NCBI GenBank assembly: GCA_963674745.2
Contig: CAXXDV010000003.1
Location: 1,760,001-1,824,000, forward strand
Origin: Desulfosudaceae bacterium
GTDB lineage: Bacteria > Desulfobacterota > Desulfobacteria > Desulfobacterales > Desulfosudaceae
DNA: 64,000 bases
Direction: 5' to 3'
Shown: positions 10,973-21,561 of the stretch, one piece after another
Position numbering within the stretch: the first letter of the stretch is position 1
Layout of the letters: every line of letters begins with the position of its first letter
Program-made: the position numbers and the translations under genes
Notes under the pieces: model-generated
What the model was told of the DNA's origin: nothing
The model's input: only the letters and a program-made list of their open reading frames with translations
Databases searched by the model: none

Positions 10973-11734
10973 GTGAACAATCAACTTTCCAATTTCTTTA
11001 TCCCCTCATGGCCGGTACTTTACGCCGATAATCATCTGCTGGCGGTTTACAAACCGGCCGGACTGCTGGTCCAGGGAGACCGCACCGGTGACATGACGAT
11101 GTTTGACCTGGCCAAACAGTGGGTCAAACAGCAGTACAATAAACCCGGCCAGGTATATCTCGGACTGGTCCATCGACTGGATCGGCCGGTGGCCGGCGTC
11201 ATTCTCTTCTGCCGCACGTCCAAAGCCGCCGGTCGTATCAGCGAACAATTCCGCACCGGGCAGACCCGAAAAAGATATATCGCCATTGTCGAGGGGAAAA
11301 TGGGAAAACCGGACGGCCGACTGGTCAATCATATTGAACGTCGGGGCAGTTCCGGCAGGATTGTGAAAAAGGCGACCGACAAATCCACCGAAGCCCGGCT
11401 TTCTTACCGATGCCTGGAGACACGCAACGACTCCAGCCTGGTTGAAATCGATCTTGAAACCGGCCGGCACCACCAGATCCGGCTGCAGTTCTCACATATC
11501 GGGCACCCGGTGATGGGCGACCTGAGATACGGTGCCTCCGCCCCCCTACCCCAAAAACAGATCGCACTTTTTGCCGAACGGTTGTCCGTCATGCATCCCA
11601 CCCTCGGGCAGGAACTGACCTTCACCTCTCCCCTGCCCCTTGATTGGCCCTGGCCCGGCCATGAACCCACGGCCGACGCCCCGCCCTGGAATTGGAGTCA
11701 AATTGAAAAGGTTTTAAGGTTCGAGGGTTTTTAA
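10973..11734 (+). CDS. RluA-family pseudouridine synthase
   Basis: KPAGL, VHRLDRPVAG, TGRHHQIR. Confidence 0.92.
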   Translation: MNNQLSNFFIPSWPVLYADNHLLAVYKPAGLLVQGDRTGDMTMFDLAKQWVKQQYNKPGQVYLGLVHRLDRPVAGVILFCRTSKAAGRISEQFRTGQTRKRYIAIVEGKMGKPDGRLVNHIERRGSSGRIVKKATDKSTEARLSYRCLETRNDSSLVEIDLETGRHHQIRLQFSHIGHPVMGDLRYGASAPLPQKQIALFAERLSVMHPTLGQELTFTSPLPLDWPWPGHEPTADAPPWNWSQIEKVLRFEGF

Positions 11735-11745
11735 TGTTCGGTATT

Positions 11746-11773
11746 GTAGGGGCGACCGGCGGGTCGCCCCTAC
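11746..11773. repeat. GTAG-type REP palindrome
   Basis: GTAGGGGCGACC-GGCG-GGTCGCCCCTAC perfect hairpin. Confidence 0.8.
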
Positions 11774-12126
11774 GCATGGACCATTGCCGTCGGGGCCGCC
11801 TCTTCAACTCATCTCCAAATAATTCCAATAACAACAATGAAACGTTTTATCAGTGGATAATTGCAAATATTTGAAACACCACGCAAGAATGTCATTTCGT
11901 CGGATAATTTAAAAATCGTAATAGCGTTGTCTAAACATAGGGGCACCTCTAAAATTAGAATTTTGGTTCGAGGGGTCAAGTAAACAGCCACAACAGCTCC
12001 TTGAGTCCTTGTACCCTTGGTCCCTTTTGCAAGGTGCAGGAGGCTATAAGTGTAGTGGAGGGCTTCAGCCAGTAAAATTGTAAGGGTTGACGAAAGCAAA
12101 TGAGACGGGCGTGATTGGAGATGAAT

Positions 12127-14424
12127 TTAACGGTTTTTCGACAAGTTCTGGTAAAAAGCGGTGTGACGAAGATTGTTCAAATCCGTATCTGAAAGTAAAA
12201 GGTCCCAGTTGTCATAGCCTTTTTCAACGGCATTTTTGAGAGCAGTTACGGCCTTGTCGATCTGGTTTTGCCTGGCATAAAGGCACGCTAAATTATAATC
12301 GATCGATGGGTCATGCGGCATCAGCATGGAAAGATGCTGGAATTGTTTTGTAGCAAGGTCGTTGTCTTCAATCAAGGCATATAAATTTCCTAATCTGTAA
12401 AGCAATTCCGGGCGACTGCCGGTGTTGCTTAAAATTGTTTCCAACCGGTTGATCTCAGATCGTACGGTTTCGATTTTGTGTTTAATTTTTTCCAGATTTG
12501 CTTGAGCCAGGGTGTAGGTGTTGTCTATTGAGAGGGCTCTACTGATGCAATCCTTGGCCTGAAGAATACATCCGTTTTGGAAAAAGGATATTCCGAGGTT
12601 GTTTAGGGCTTCAGTGGACCGGGGATTCACACTTAAGGCTTTCTGAAAATAGTAGATGGCATTGCCGGTTTCCCCGGTTTTTTGGCACAATGCACCAAGA
12701 TCGATGTAAGTCGTTTCAGAATGAGGATTCAACCTTAAAACCTGTTCCAAATGGTGTCTCGCCAGGGCATAGTTACCGGTTTGCATATATGCCAAGCCCA
12801 GGAGAGAATGGGCAGTTTCTGAATCGGGATTGATTCTGACTGCCTCACTGAAATGTTTTACGGCTTTGATTATCTGCTGGTCTCTTTGAAGAGCTTTTCC
12901 CAGACAGATCCGCGCTTCTTCATTATCGGGATCAAGGCTGACGGCTTCCCGGAAATATGTTAGGGCTTCATCAGGCCGATTTTGGTTTAACCATAAAGTG
13001 CCCAGATTGATAAAGGGCGAAATATAGTTACGATCCAATCGTCTTCCCAACGCAATCGCTTTCTGATAATGATTGATCGCCATTTCGACTTGTCCGGCTT
13101 TTTGAAAAGAAGCTCCGAGATTAGTATGGACGATTGGAGAATAAACATTTTTCCGGGCACAGTCCTGAAATATGCCGATATCGGATGACCACAAAGCGTT
13201 CCTTTGCCATGTCCAGATGCTACAGGTAGCAATCAAGAAGGTCAACAAACCGGTTACGATCCATTCTGACCTGATATATCGATATAGCAGGTATACTAGT
13301 AATATAGGGATGAACATGGAAGGGAGATAGGTCCGGTGTTCGAAAATGAGGGCCAACGCGATCGCAGAGCTCTCAAGAACCAGGTTGATTAAAAACCAGA
13401 CAAGGGTAAAAGAGAACAAACGGCTTCTTCCGGCTAAGTATACGGCTGAAAAAACCATCAGGGACAAGGCCACCAGAGCAAGGAGAGTGGTCAATGGATC
13501 AGTCAGCCCGTACGAAAGGGGAAAATCGTAGAGCAGGTTTAATCGGGCGGGATGGGGGAAAAACAGTAATGACAGGTAATAAACAATCACCTGCGGTTCA
13601 GTCAACAGGCGTTGAGCCGGTTTAAACCCCAGGGTATTTTCAAATTTATCCCGCATCATATCCAAGAAAGAACTGTTGACGAGGTAGAGGGCTGTGGCAA
13701 TCAGCAATGCCAAGATTATTATAGCAATCCACCGTAATTGCCCCTTTAACCAGGCGGGGTCGAGACGCTGAAAAAAGTACCATTCATAGAGAAAAATCAA
13801 GGCCGGCAGGGTGACGGTAATCTCTTTTGAAGCCATTCCTAAAAGACCGGAGAGAAGACAGAGCGCGTAAAGTATGTACCGCCGGACACGGTGTTTCCCG
13901 GCCATGGTATCCACCATCCGGGCACGGATGTAGAAGAAGATCGTCAGCATGTAGAACATGGTCGCCAGGGATGTCATGCGCTGAACAATATAGGTAACCG
14001 ACTGGGTGTGAACGGGGTTGACCGACCAGAGGGCGGCGGCCAGAAATGGAGCCCAGGTGTTTTGAACTTTGCACAGGCTGAGAGTTTCCCGGGCGATTAA
14101 AAATAACAGCAGAGCCGTGATGGTATGGATGATCAGGTTGACTACATGGTAACCTCTGACATCATAGCCGTGAAAATAGTAGTTGATGGCAAAACTAAGG
14201 TTGGCCACGGGTCGGCGGGGGTTTATGCATTTAAACATGGATGTAACGATGTCGGGGGTAAGGGAGGTCATCCGAATGTGGGGGTTCTCGAGGATATTGT
14301 TTGTGTCGTCATATTTAAAGGGCGCGTTGAACGTATTGGCGTAGGCCAGTAAAACGAGTGTAATCAAGGTGATCATGGCCACAGCAGTCTGCTTGGGCTT
14401 GGCGCCTGAGAAGAGTCCTGTCAT
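12127..14424 (-). CDS. TMTC-like membrane glycosyltransferase (GT-C) with C-terminal TPR repeats
   Basis: N-terminal YDD motif, NPVHTQSVTYI, SKE and EHRTYLPS, many TM helices, then TPR repeats. Start moved to MTGLF after an RBS. Confidence 0.8.
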   Translation of the reverse strand: MTGLFSGAKPKQTAVAMITLITLVLLAYANTFNAPFKYDDTNNILENPHIRMTSLTPDIVTSMFKCINPRRPVANLSFAINYYFHGYDVRGYHVVNLIIHTITALLLFLIARETLSLCKVQNTWAPFLAAALWSVNPVHTQSVTYIVQRMTSLATMFYMLTIFFYIRARMVDTMAGKHRVRRYILYALCLLSGLLGMASKEITVTLPALIFLYEWYFFQRLDPAWLKGQLRWIAIIILALLIATALYLVNSSFLDMMRDKFENTLGFKPAQRLLTEPQVIVYYLSLLFFPHPARLNLLYDFPLSYGLTDPLTTLLALVALSLMVFSAVYLAGRSRLFSFTLVWFLINLVLESSAIALALIFEHRTYLPSMFIPILLVYLLYRYIRSEWIVTGLLTFLIATCSIWTWQRNALWSSDIGIFQDCARKNVYSPIVHTNLGASFQKAGQVEMAINHYQKAIALGRRLDRNYISPFINLGTLWLNQNRPDEALTYFREAVSLDPDNEEARICLGKALQRDQQIIKAVKHFSEAVRINPDSETAHSLLGLAYMQTGNYALARHHLEQVLRLNPHSETTYIDLGALCQKTGETGNAIYYFQKALSVNPRSTEALNNLGISFFQNGCILQAKDCISRALSIDNTYTLAQANLEKIKHKIETVRSEINRLETILSNTGSRPELLYRLGNLYALIEDNDLATKQFQHLSMLMPHDPSIDYNLACLYARQNQIDKAVTALKNAVEKGYDNWDLLLSDTDLNNLRHTAFYQNLSKNR

Positions 14425-14975
14425 GTTAATTTTATCGCCCCTGAGCGTGTAGCGTATTAAATACAAGCGTAAAATAATAAAAAGTTAAATGCGCCTTTTT
14501 TCCGTCCGGCTGATAGTCTTTTTTTCCTAAACACCTGAAGCCGAAATTTCCATAAGTTTTCTAAAAAAGCCGAACAAAAAATAAACAGAAGAAGTTATTT
14601 TATGGTCATCATCTATAGCAAGACATCTCTTGATGTGTCAATATTTTCCAGCTGCTATATGTTGATCGGCTTTTGGAGAAAATGACTTTGAATTATATAA
14701 AAGTCCATAATATCCGGTTTTGCTTTTTAACAGAGATTTTGAGCTCACTTGGATCATCTTTGGCGAACTAATGAAATATCCGGGTTAGCGTTTCAGCTTT
14801 TTGGAATGTGAGTATGTGGTTCGCGCTCCAACCTGCGTCTTCGGATCCAGTGATATAGACAACTTATTATTACTCGGAAAGAAGTTAAATGTTTTCTGAT
14901 TACACGGATGGCTCAAATTTTGAAAAAAACATTTCGTCTATAAAATCCGTGCAATCCGTGTCAAAATCGATCTTG

Positions 14976-16148
14976 TCAAACCGTTACTCTGTTCCGCCCC
15001 TTCTTTTTCGACTTATAAAGGGCTACATCCGCATCTTTCATGACTTTGGTAAGGCTTTTGCCGTCACAGGAATCGCCGGCACCGAAGCTCATGGTGATTT
15101 TGATGTTTTTTGATTTGGCCGGTTTTGATTTAACACCGGTTTTCTTATATTGTTTTCTGCTTTTGCGATTTCGAACGGTAAAGGGGGTTTGCGCGATTTT
15201 CATTCTAATGTGTTCAAGATGTTCGGCTGTGTCCTTTTTGTGTTTACCATTAAAAACAATAACAAACTCCTCACCACCGAACCGGAATGTTTTGCCCCCG
15301 CCACCAACCGTCGACAGAGCCCTGGCAACCAGTTTAAGCACCTCGTCGCCGGTGTCATGTCCGTAAGTATCATTGAACTTCTTGAAATGATCTATATCCG
15401 CCATGGCAATGGTGTATTTTGACCCCAGGGATGCCGTATACTCATTATATGCCCTTCTTCCCGGCAGCCCGGTCAGTTCATCAACGTAAGAGATGGTGTA
15501 AATGGAAGACAGTGTCCCGATAAACATCATCACACAAACAGCCAGCATGTTAAGCGCTGCCATTTCCATGCCCAGCGCGAAAAGCACGGTAAGCCCGAAA
15601 ACAGCACCCATTGCAAAAGATATATCGTAACTTCTGCCACGGACAATATTTCTAATTGCCGCGATCAGTAACAGCAAAAAGGGTAATATCGCGTAGGGCA
15701 GATATACAATTAAATGGAGATATTTTATAACGGGCTTTTCCAGTGCCTGATAAAAAGCATCATTATAAACCGTAAAGTAGTAAAGCAGACCGATCTGGAG
15801 AAGAATAAGAACAATCTTTTTTAATCCATGAATGGAAAAAACACCGCGTTCACTGGCGCTGGTCAGAAACAGAATATTCAACGAGAGTATAATCAGAAAC
15901 TCATTTTCAGGGATGGCGGCAAGACCGGGAATCCGGTTTTTAAAAAACCAGGCCAGCATAAGGACAAGCATAAAAGAGACCCGGCTTTTATTGAACCGCA
16001 GGCAGACCATAAACGTCAGACCGGCCAGAATGACAACCAGATTCGAAGAAATCTTCAGGTAATCTTTAATAAAAACAAAGTGCTGACTGAAACAGACAAT
16101 TACCGCGGAAACGATGATGAAAATGGCGGAAAAGATGCTTTGTTTCAT
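14976..16148 (-). CDS. Membrane diguanylate cyclase
   Basis: DELTGL, DIDHFKKFNDTYGH, RFGGEEF. Confidence 0.92.
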   Translation of the reverse strand: MKQSIFSAIFIIVSAVIVCFSQHFVFIKDYLKISSNLVVILAGLTFMVCLRFNKSRVSFMLVLMLAWFFKNRIPGLAAIPENEFLIILSLNILFLTSASERGVFSIHGLKKIVLILLQIGLLYYFTVYNDAFYQALEKPVIKYLHLIVYLPYAILPFLLLLIAAIRNIVRGRSYDISFAMGAVFGLTVLFALGMEMAALNMLAVCVMMFIGTLSSIYTISYVDELTGLPGRRAYNEYTASLGSKYTIAMADIDHFKKFNDTYGHDTGDEVLKLVARALSTVGGGGKTFRFGGEEFVIVFNGKHKKDTAEHLEHIRMKIAQTPFTVRNRKSRKQYKKTGVKSKPAKSKNIKITMSFGAGDSCDGKSLTKVMKDADVALYKSKKKGRNRVTV

Positions 16149-16182
16149 AAAAAACGTCTCAAGAAAAGTCTTTTCGATATAC

Positions 16183-17160
16183 TCAGGCCGTTATCCGCCA
16201 GCAGCGGTGAATGGGTGTTTTGCGTTTTTGATAATCTTCCGGAATGGTAGCCGACGTGATTTCCCGTATTTCTTTTGCCTTGAGCCCCTCCATGCGGGGT
16301 GTGAAATCCTGATGATTGGTGGAAAAAAAGATTGTCGCCCCGCTTCTCATAAGGGCCAGGGTCATCCCAAGCAGCCGGGGATGATCCCTGACGATATCCA
16401 TGTTATGGGCACCGTCCCGACTGGTGGCAAAAGACGGCGGATCCACCACTGCCAGGTCAAACCGTTGCTGATGATCAGCAGCCGCCTGTTTCAGAAAGTC
16501 AAAGACATGGGATTGGATCTGAACATGTCCCTTTTGAGGGATCTTGTTCAAGGCCAGATTTTCCCGCGTCCAGCGGATGGCGGTTTTAGCCCGGTCCACG
16601 GAAATGGTCGAGCCGGCGCCGCCTTTGGCCGCGTAACAGGTAAACGCGCCTGAATAACAGAAAAGGTTCAAAAAGTCTTTTCCTTCTGCCATTTCACGGA
16701 CCATCTGCCGGGTATCACGATGGTCGCCAAACAGGCCGGTGTCCACGAAATCATCCAGGTTGACGTAAAATTTCAGATCCCGTTCCGACATGGCAATCTT
16801 TTGTTCGGTCCGGGCCAGCCGCTCATAACGTTTCTTGCCGGGCCCTGAGGTAGTGCCGGTATGCCTTTGTTTGAGATGGGTCTTCTCAACCGGGACATCC
16901 AGGGCGTCAGCTACAGCCCGGCCCATCATGGGCAGCCATTCAGGGGTGGATTGTTTGCGGGTATATTCGCCGATCACCAGGTGACCGCCATACCAGTCGA
17001 CAACAGCCCGGATTTCGGGTATGTCCCAGTCGTAAATGCGAAAAATTTCGATATTCTGACGGGAAAAACGTTTTTTTAAATGCCGATACTGCTTTATGGC
17101 CCGGTTGGCCAGCATTTCAGCCTGTTGCCGGTACTTTTTTTCTAACGCAGCATCAAGCAC
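16183..17160 (-). CDS. RlmK/RlmI-like class I SAM-dependent rRNA methyltransferase
   Basis: DTGLFGDHR, LNLFCYSG, DPPSF. Confidence 0.85.
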   Translation of the reverse strand: MLDAALEKKYRQQAEMLANRAIKQYRHLKKRFSRQNIEIFRIYDWDIPEIRAVVDWYGGHLVIGEYTRKQSTPEWLPMMGRAVADALDVPVEKTHLKQRHTGTTSGPGKKRYERLARTEQKIAMSERDLKFYVNLDDFVDTGLFGDHRDTRQMVREMAEGKDFLNLFCYSGAFTCYAAKGGAGSTISVDRAKTAIRWTRENLALNKIPQKGHVQIQSHVFDFLKQAAADHQQRFDLAVVDPPSFATSRDGAHNMDIVRDHPRLLGMTLALMRSGATIFFSTNHQDFTPRMEGLKAKEIREITSATIPEDYQKRKTPIHRCWRITA

Positions 17161-17207
17161 TTCGCATTCTCACAAATAATGAACCGGATAAGCACCCGAT
17201 ATTAAAG

Positions 17208-18794
17208 TTACATCCCCATACCCGCGATATTGGGTATCTCCATGCCATGATGAAACAGGTAGGCGACAATGATCGCCACCGGAATAATAAACAGGAACAG
17301 AGAGACAAAATAGACCCAGACCATACGGCCGAATTTGGCCTCAGCCAGTTTTTTAAAATCCGTGATAACGCCCAGGCTCATAAATGTCAGCATGAACAGC
17401 AGCGTCCGCAACCCTTTCTCAACCGGTACCGCACCCGCCTTGACCGCTTTAAGCGTACCCAGTCCTTCCGGTGCCCCGGCTCCGGCTGAAAAGAAAATCC
17501 CCAGCAGAATAAACCAGGTGGCAAAATAACCAAGTACAAACTTGGGAAAACGGTGCCAGACCTCCGAGGCCGGCACGGTTTCACCTGGCCGCCGTTCCAC
17601 TACATAAACCCAGACCAGCGCCAGCACAAAGGCCCATAGACCGATAAACATATCTATCCAGACCTTGGTCATGACGGCGCTGGCCGTGATAATGCCTTCC
17701 GGCCAGACGACAGCGCCATTGGTTTCGGCGGTCACTTTATTGCGCATGAACACGTCCAGCAGTTCACCGGCGGCCGCGTCGGCGCCATCGGTTTTAACCG
17801 CCATACCCATAGCGGAACCGGCCACCAGCGGATCAGCCGTCTGGGGCCAGACATGAGTGAAAAAACCGGGCAGAACAACCAGTTCGATGACCGCCCAGAC
17901 CACCACCAGAGCTGATACCATGATCGGAACCACCGGTTTGGCCCGCACTGCCCCACCGGTAGCCACGGCGGCTGATACACCGCAGATGGAAATACCGGAA
18001 CCCAGTACAGCAGCGGTTTTGCGCGGCAACTTGAAAATCAGCCGGGCAATCGTGTACACCCCGGGCCAGAAGATCAGGTAGGCCACAATGGTAGCCACCG
18101 CACCGGCGATAAACAATTCACCGGTCAGCCCGGCCATTTTCTGCCCCAGTTCGGCGGAGGTGGCTGCGGCTTTAATCGGCAGGTACCCGATCTTCACTCC
18201 CAGAAAAACAATCGCAGTCTTGATATACCATTCGGGCTTGGCGGCTTCGGATAAAAATTTGGAAAACCCTTTGAATAAATTACCGATGATCAGCCCCACG
18301 GTCAGGGCCAGAATATAAGAAGCGCCACCACCAAGCGAAAGGCCGAACGGCAGACCGTATTTATCCCACTGAAGTTTGGTCGTAGTGAAAAAGGCATGGT
18401 GTCCGATAAACCAGACCGCAATGGTTAAGAAATAAAGGACCGTCCAGCCGAGAAAAAACTGTTTCAGATTCCATCTCATGCAGGCAGCGCCGATACAGGT
18501 CAAGACCGTTAAGACAACATAAGTAAAGAGGATACTCCACCAGCCCAGGGTGCCGTAAAAATCTTTGGCCGTGTTGCTGTATTTCCCGCCCAGGGCGTAA
18601 AAGGCCTTGCTGATGGCGCCGGTACCGTTGACCGGTTCAAATACCCAGGCCGAAGGATAAACGGCCCAGCCGACCAGATCAATATCAACCAGAGACAAAA
18701 GCCCCATGGCGAACAGAAAAAGGCCCATCCACACGGCCCACCAGTCTTCCTGGGAAAGCATCCCGGAATACCACTTACGATTTATTGCCGTCAT
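17208..18794 (-). CDS. YeiH/putative sulfate exporter family transporter
   Basis: EDWWAVW, GISICGVSAAVA, RFPKFVLG; polytopic membrane protein. Confidence 0.85.
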   Translation of the reverse strand: MTAINRKWYSGMLSQEDWWAVWMGLFLFAMGLLSLVDIDLVGWAVYPSAWVFEPVNGTGAISKAFYALGGKYSNTAKDFYGTLGWWSILFTYVVLTVLTCIGAACMRWNLKQFFLGWTVLYFLTIAVWFIGHHAFFTTTKLQWDKYGLPFGLSLGGGASYILALTVGLIIGNLFKGFSKFLSEAAKPEWYIKTAIVFLGVKIGYLPIKAAATSAELGQKMAGLTGELFIAGAVATIVAYLIFWPGVYTIARLIFKLPRKTAAVLGSGISICGVSAAVATGGAVRAKPVVPIMVSALVVVWAVIELVVLPGFFTHVWPQTADPLVAGSAMGMAVKTDGADAAAGELLDVFMRNKVTAETNGAVVWPEGIITASAVMTKVWIDMFIGLWAFVLALVWVYVVERRPGETVPASEVWHRFPKFVLGYFATWFILLGIFFSAGAGAPEGLGTLKAVKAGAVPVEKGLRTLLFMLTFMSLGVITDFKKLAEAKFGRMVWVYFVSLFLFIIPVAIIVAYLFHHGMEIPNIAGMGM

Positions 18795-18820
18795 TTATTC
18801 TCCCCCTGATATCACCAAAA

Positions 18821-18975
18821 TTGATGGCTTCGTAAACAGCCCAATATCTTCGTTGTGCTGCATCCTTCGGAATTTCACGTACTTTTATGTACGCTGCATT
18901 CCTCAGGATTTGCACGCCTTGATCTTGAACTTTTTACTTTGCCATACAAATTAGACTTTTTTCGGTTCAATATAA
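18821..18975. mobile_element. Degenerate MITE-like non-coding element
   Basis: Imperfect terminal inverted ends (TTGATGGCTTCGTAAA ... GACTTTTTTCGGTTCAA) and an internal CGTAC/GTACG palindrome; intergenic. Confidence 0.5.
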
Positions 18976-18991
18976 TTGAAAGTACGACACG

Positions 18992-19246
18992 CTACCCCAC
19001 GATTTCCAGCACCCGGTTGAAATAATGCTGCGCGTACTGGCGAATGACAGGCGGCAGGGTGGCATTATCAAACAACATGCGCACTTTTTTTGTCTCCCCG
19101 GCACGGATCAGACCGCGTTCTACCATCTTCAGTCGCAAGCGTTTATCCAGCAGGGTCAGGTCCGGTGCAGAGATCGATACCTGTTCATTGCGCAGGCACC
19201 AGTTGACACCGTCATGATGAATAATGAAATCCATTGTCATGTCCAT
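18992..19246 (-). CDS. Small protein, DUF5395-like
   Basis: HDGVNW...FDNATLPPVIRQYAQHYFNR; upstream of the YeiH gene. Confidence 0.65.
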   Translation of the reverse strand: MDMTMDFIIHHDGVNWCLRNEQVSISAPDLTLLDKRLRLKMVERGLIRAGETKKVRMLFDNATLPPVIRQYAQHYFNRVLEIVG

Positions 19247-19422
19247 TAGTGAAGGATCGAAGTCGGTACGAAAATAAGCCCGATCACCAGAACAACAATG
19301 GCTATTCCCAGGGACCAGAGGACCAGCTTGGTTTCAAACGGCTCCCAGGGTTCGGCGTCAGCCAGAACATCCTCAGCTTCATATTCATTCCCGCTTAACA
19401 TCCCTTTGTGTTCTTCAGCCAT
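19246..19422 (-). CDS. 58-aa single-TM small protein (not in the ORF track)
   Basis: Manual translation MAEEHKGMLSGNEYEAEDVLADAEPWEPFETKLVLWSLGIAIVVLVIGLIFVPTSILH; AAGGGGGG RBS; TAATG overlap with the next gene. Confidence 0.75.
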   Translation of the reverse strand: MAEEHKGMLSGNEYEAEDVLADAEPWEPFETKLVLWSLGIAIVVLVIGLIFVPTSILH

Positions 19423-19626
19423 GATTTCGCCCCCTTTTCAAAAGATAATCGGCATTATAACCCCTTCAAATTTAATAATTGACCACCAACCATAGAATTT
19501 GTCAAGGGATAGCGTTTCAGGATTCAGGGCATACCACCCATTCCCTGGCCGCCAGAACCGATTCGGACGATTGCGTCAAAGACCGTTCTGGCCACCCTGA
19601 ACATTCAGGACCGGTTTACGGATTAA

Positions 19627-19778
19627 GGGCAACCACAGGGGGTTGCCCCTACGGATCGTGGAGGGCGTTCATGAACAATGTAGGGGCAGGCCCCCGTGCC
19701 TGCCCGATGATGGGCAACCACAGGGGGGTGCCCCTACGGATCGTGGAGGGCGTTCATGAACAATGCAGGGGCAGGGGC
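19627..19778. repeat. REP doublet (BIME-like) tandem, about 85-bp period
   Basis: GGGCAACCACAGGGGGTTGCCCCTAC alternating with GTAGGGGCAGGCCCC..GCCTGCCC, with near-identical linkers. Confidence 0.85.
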
Positions 19779-19901
19779 TTAGGGATCAAAGATTTATCGT
19801 ATTTTTCCTGCATCAAGCAAAGATACTGGTATTTTTCTGTAAAAATATTATACTCAATATCAGTAAGTCATTAAATCACATCGTTTCAGGAGAAGCTATT
19901 C

Positions 19902-20300
19902 ATGTCCATACAGGAACAAATCAAAAAAGATCTGATGGTCGCCATGAAGGCCAAGGACGAAGAGAAAAAAAACGCGCTGCGGATTCTTATTGGCGAGTTC
20001 AGCCGGGGCGAGACAAAAACGGTCTCTGATGATGAGGCGGTAAAACATGTCAAGAAACTGATTAAATCGGAACGGGAAACACTGGAAAGATCAGGAACGG
20101 AGGGAACCAACCGGTATATTGAAATTCTGGAATCTTACCTGCCGAAAATGGCTGCTGACGAAGACATTATCCATTGGATCAACGAGAATATCAATTTTGA
20201 CGATTATAAAAATAAAATGCAGGCCATGCGGGATATCATGGCCCATTTTGGTTCCAGCGCCGACGGCAACCAGGTCAAAGGAATCCTTCAAAAATTCTAA
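19902..20300 (+). CDS. GatB/YqeY domain protein
   Basis: MSIQEQIKKDLMVAMKAKD...LESYLPK. Confidence 0.9.
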   Translation: MSIQEQIKKDLMVAMKAKDEEKKNALRILIGEFSRGETKTVSDDEAVKHVKKLIKSERETLERSGTEGTNRYIEILESYLPKMAADEDIIHWINENINFDDYKNKMQAMRDIMAHFGSSADGNQVKGILQKF

Positions 20301-20352
20301 TTTTAGAGACGCCTTACAACAAAGAATATACAACTCGAAAACGGAGGAGTGA

Positions 20353-21279
20353 GTGATGAACACGCAAAGCAGAGTGCTGGTACTACTGGACGGTTCGGAA
20401 CGGTCGAAGGAAACGGTATCGTATGTCGCCGCCCTCAAAGCGTTAAGGGACAAAACCATCGTACTGTATCATGTATACAGCGAAATTCCCGAATATTACT
20501 GGGATCTGGACCTGGATCCCCAGCATCCGCCTCACACCTTTCCGGGTTTTGAAGCCTGGCAAAAAGAAAAACTGGAAACCGTCAATGCCTTTATGGAAGA
20601 AGGCAAGGCCCGATTGTTGGAAGCCGGTTTCAAAGACGATCGGGTAGTGATCGACCTCCACAAAAGAGAAACCGGCATCGCCAGGGACATTTTAAAAGAA
20701 GCCGCCCAGGGTTATGAAGCCGTAATTATGCGTCGCCGGGGAATGAGCAAAACCACCGGCATCGTTCTGGGCAGTGTCTCGGTTAAACTGCTCTCAAAAC
20801 TTTCCGACACGCCGGTTCTGCTGGCCGGGAAGCGCGCCCTGACCGACAAGGTTCTGATTGCCGTCGATGGATCCGACGCTTCATTGCAGGCAGTTGATTT
20901 TGTGGCCAGCCAACTCGGGCCATTCGGATATGCCGTCCAATTATTACATGTCATCCGGGGCGGTTCCCTGAATCCGAACAACCCGGAATTCATTCCCCCG
21001 GAAGCAATTGAAATAATTACAAAAGAAATCTCAAAACAATTCGAGGACATGAAAAGCCGGTTAATCACAGCCGGATTCGAAGCCGATAAAGTGTCTGAAA
21101 AAATAATCAGTGGTGTTTCAAGCCGATCGCAAGCGATTGTCGCCGAAGCGGAAGACGGCGGCTTCGGCACCATCGTTATGGGGCGCAAGGGTGTTTCCCG
21201 CATTCAGGAATTTTTTATCGGCAGCGTAAGTGAAAAGGTCATTCACAGCGGCAGGGACTTTACGGTCTGGGTTGTTTAA
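20353..21279 (+). CDS. Tandem universal stress protein
   Basis: Two USP domains (LLDGS / IAVDGS; GSVS twice). Confidence 0.9.
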   Translation: MMNTQSRVLVLLDGSERSKETVSYVAALKALRDKTIVLYHVYSEIPEYYWDLDLDPQHPPHTFPGFEAWQKEKLETVNAFMEEGKARLLEAGFKDDRVVIDLHKRETGIARDILKEAAQGYEAVIMRRRGMSKTTGIVLGSVSVKLLSKLSDTPVLLAGKRALTDKVLIAVDGSDASLQAVDFVASQLGPFGYAVQLLHVIRGGSLNPNNPEFIPPEAIEIITKEISKQFEDMKSRLITAGFEADKVSEKIISGVSSRSQAIVAEAEDGGFGTIVMGRKGVSRIQEFFIGSVSEKVIHSGRDFTVWVV

Positions 21280-21561
21280 CCCGAACATTTCGTGAAACAT
21301 TCAGGCCAGATCAGGCCTTGTCCCCCGGAGTTGCCGAGGCAAAAAGCCCTTCGGCGTCGGACATGGTCTGATAAGTTGTCCTGTTTTCCGGCACCCGGCA
21401 CCCGGTCTCTGCTTCATCTGGCAGCTTATGATTTGGAAACTTTTGCAAAAAAAACAGTAAAATCGGAAATCATTATCCTGACGACCTGTTCACATAATAA
21501 TCTACTTCCGTCAAGGTTTGTAATATTTTTATCTACGACTGTGTAATATGGGGGAGGGACT

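Noticed and set aside
11800..12110. Possible gene or IS in this intergenic stretch
   Set aside because: No credible ORF; only short degenerate repeat fragments, insufficient to define an element
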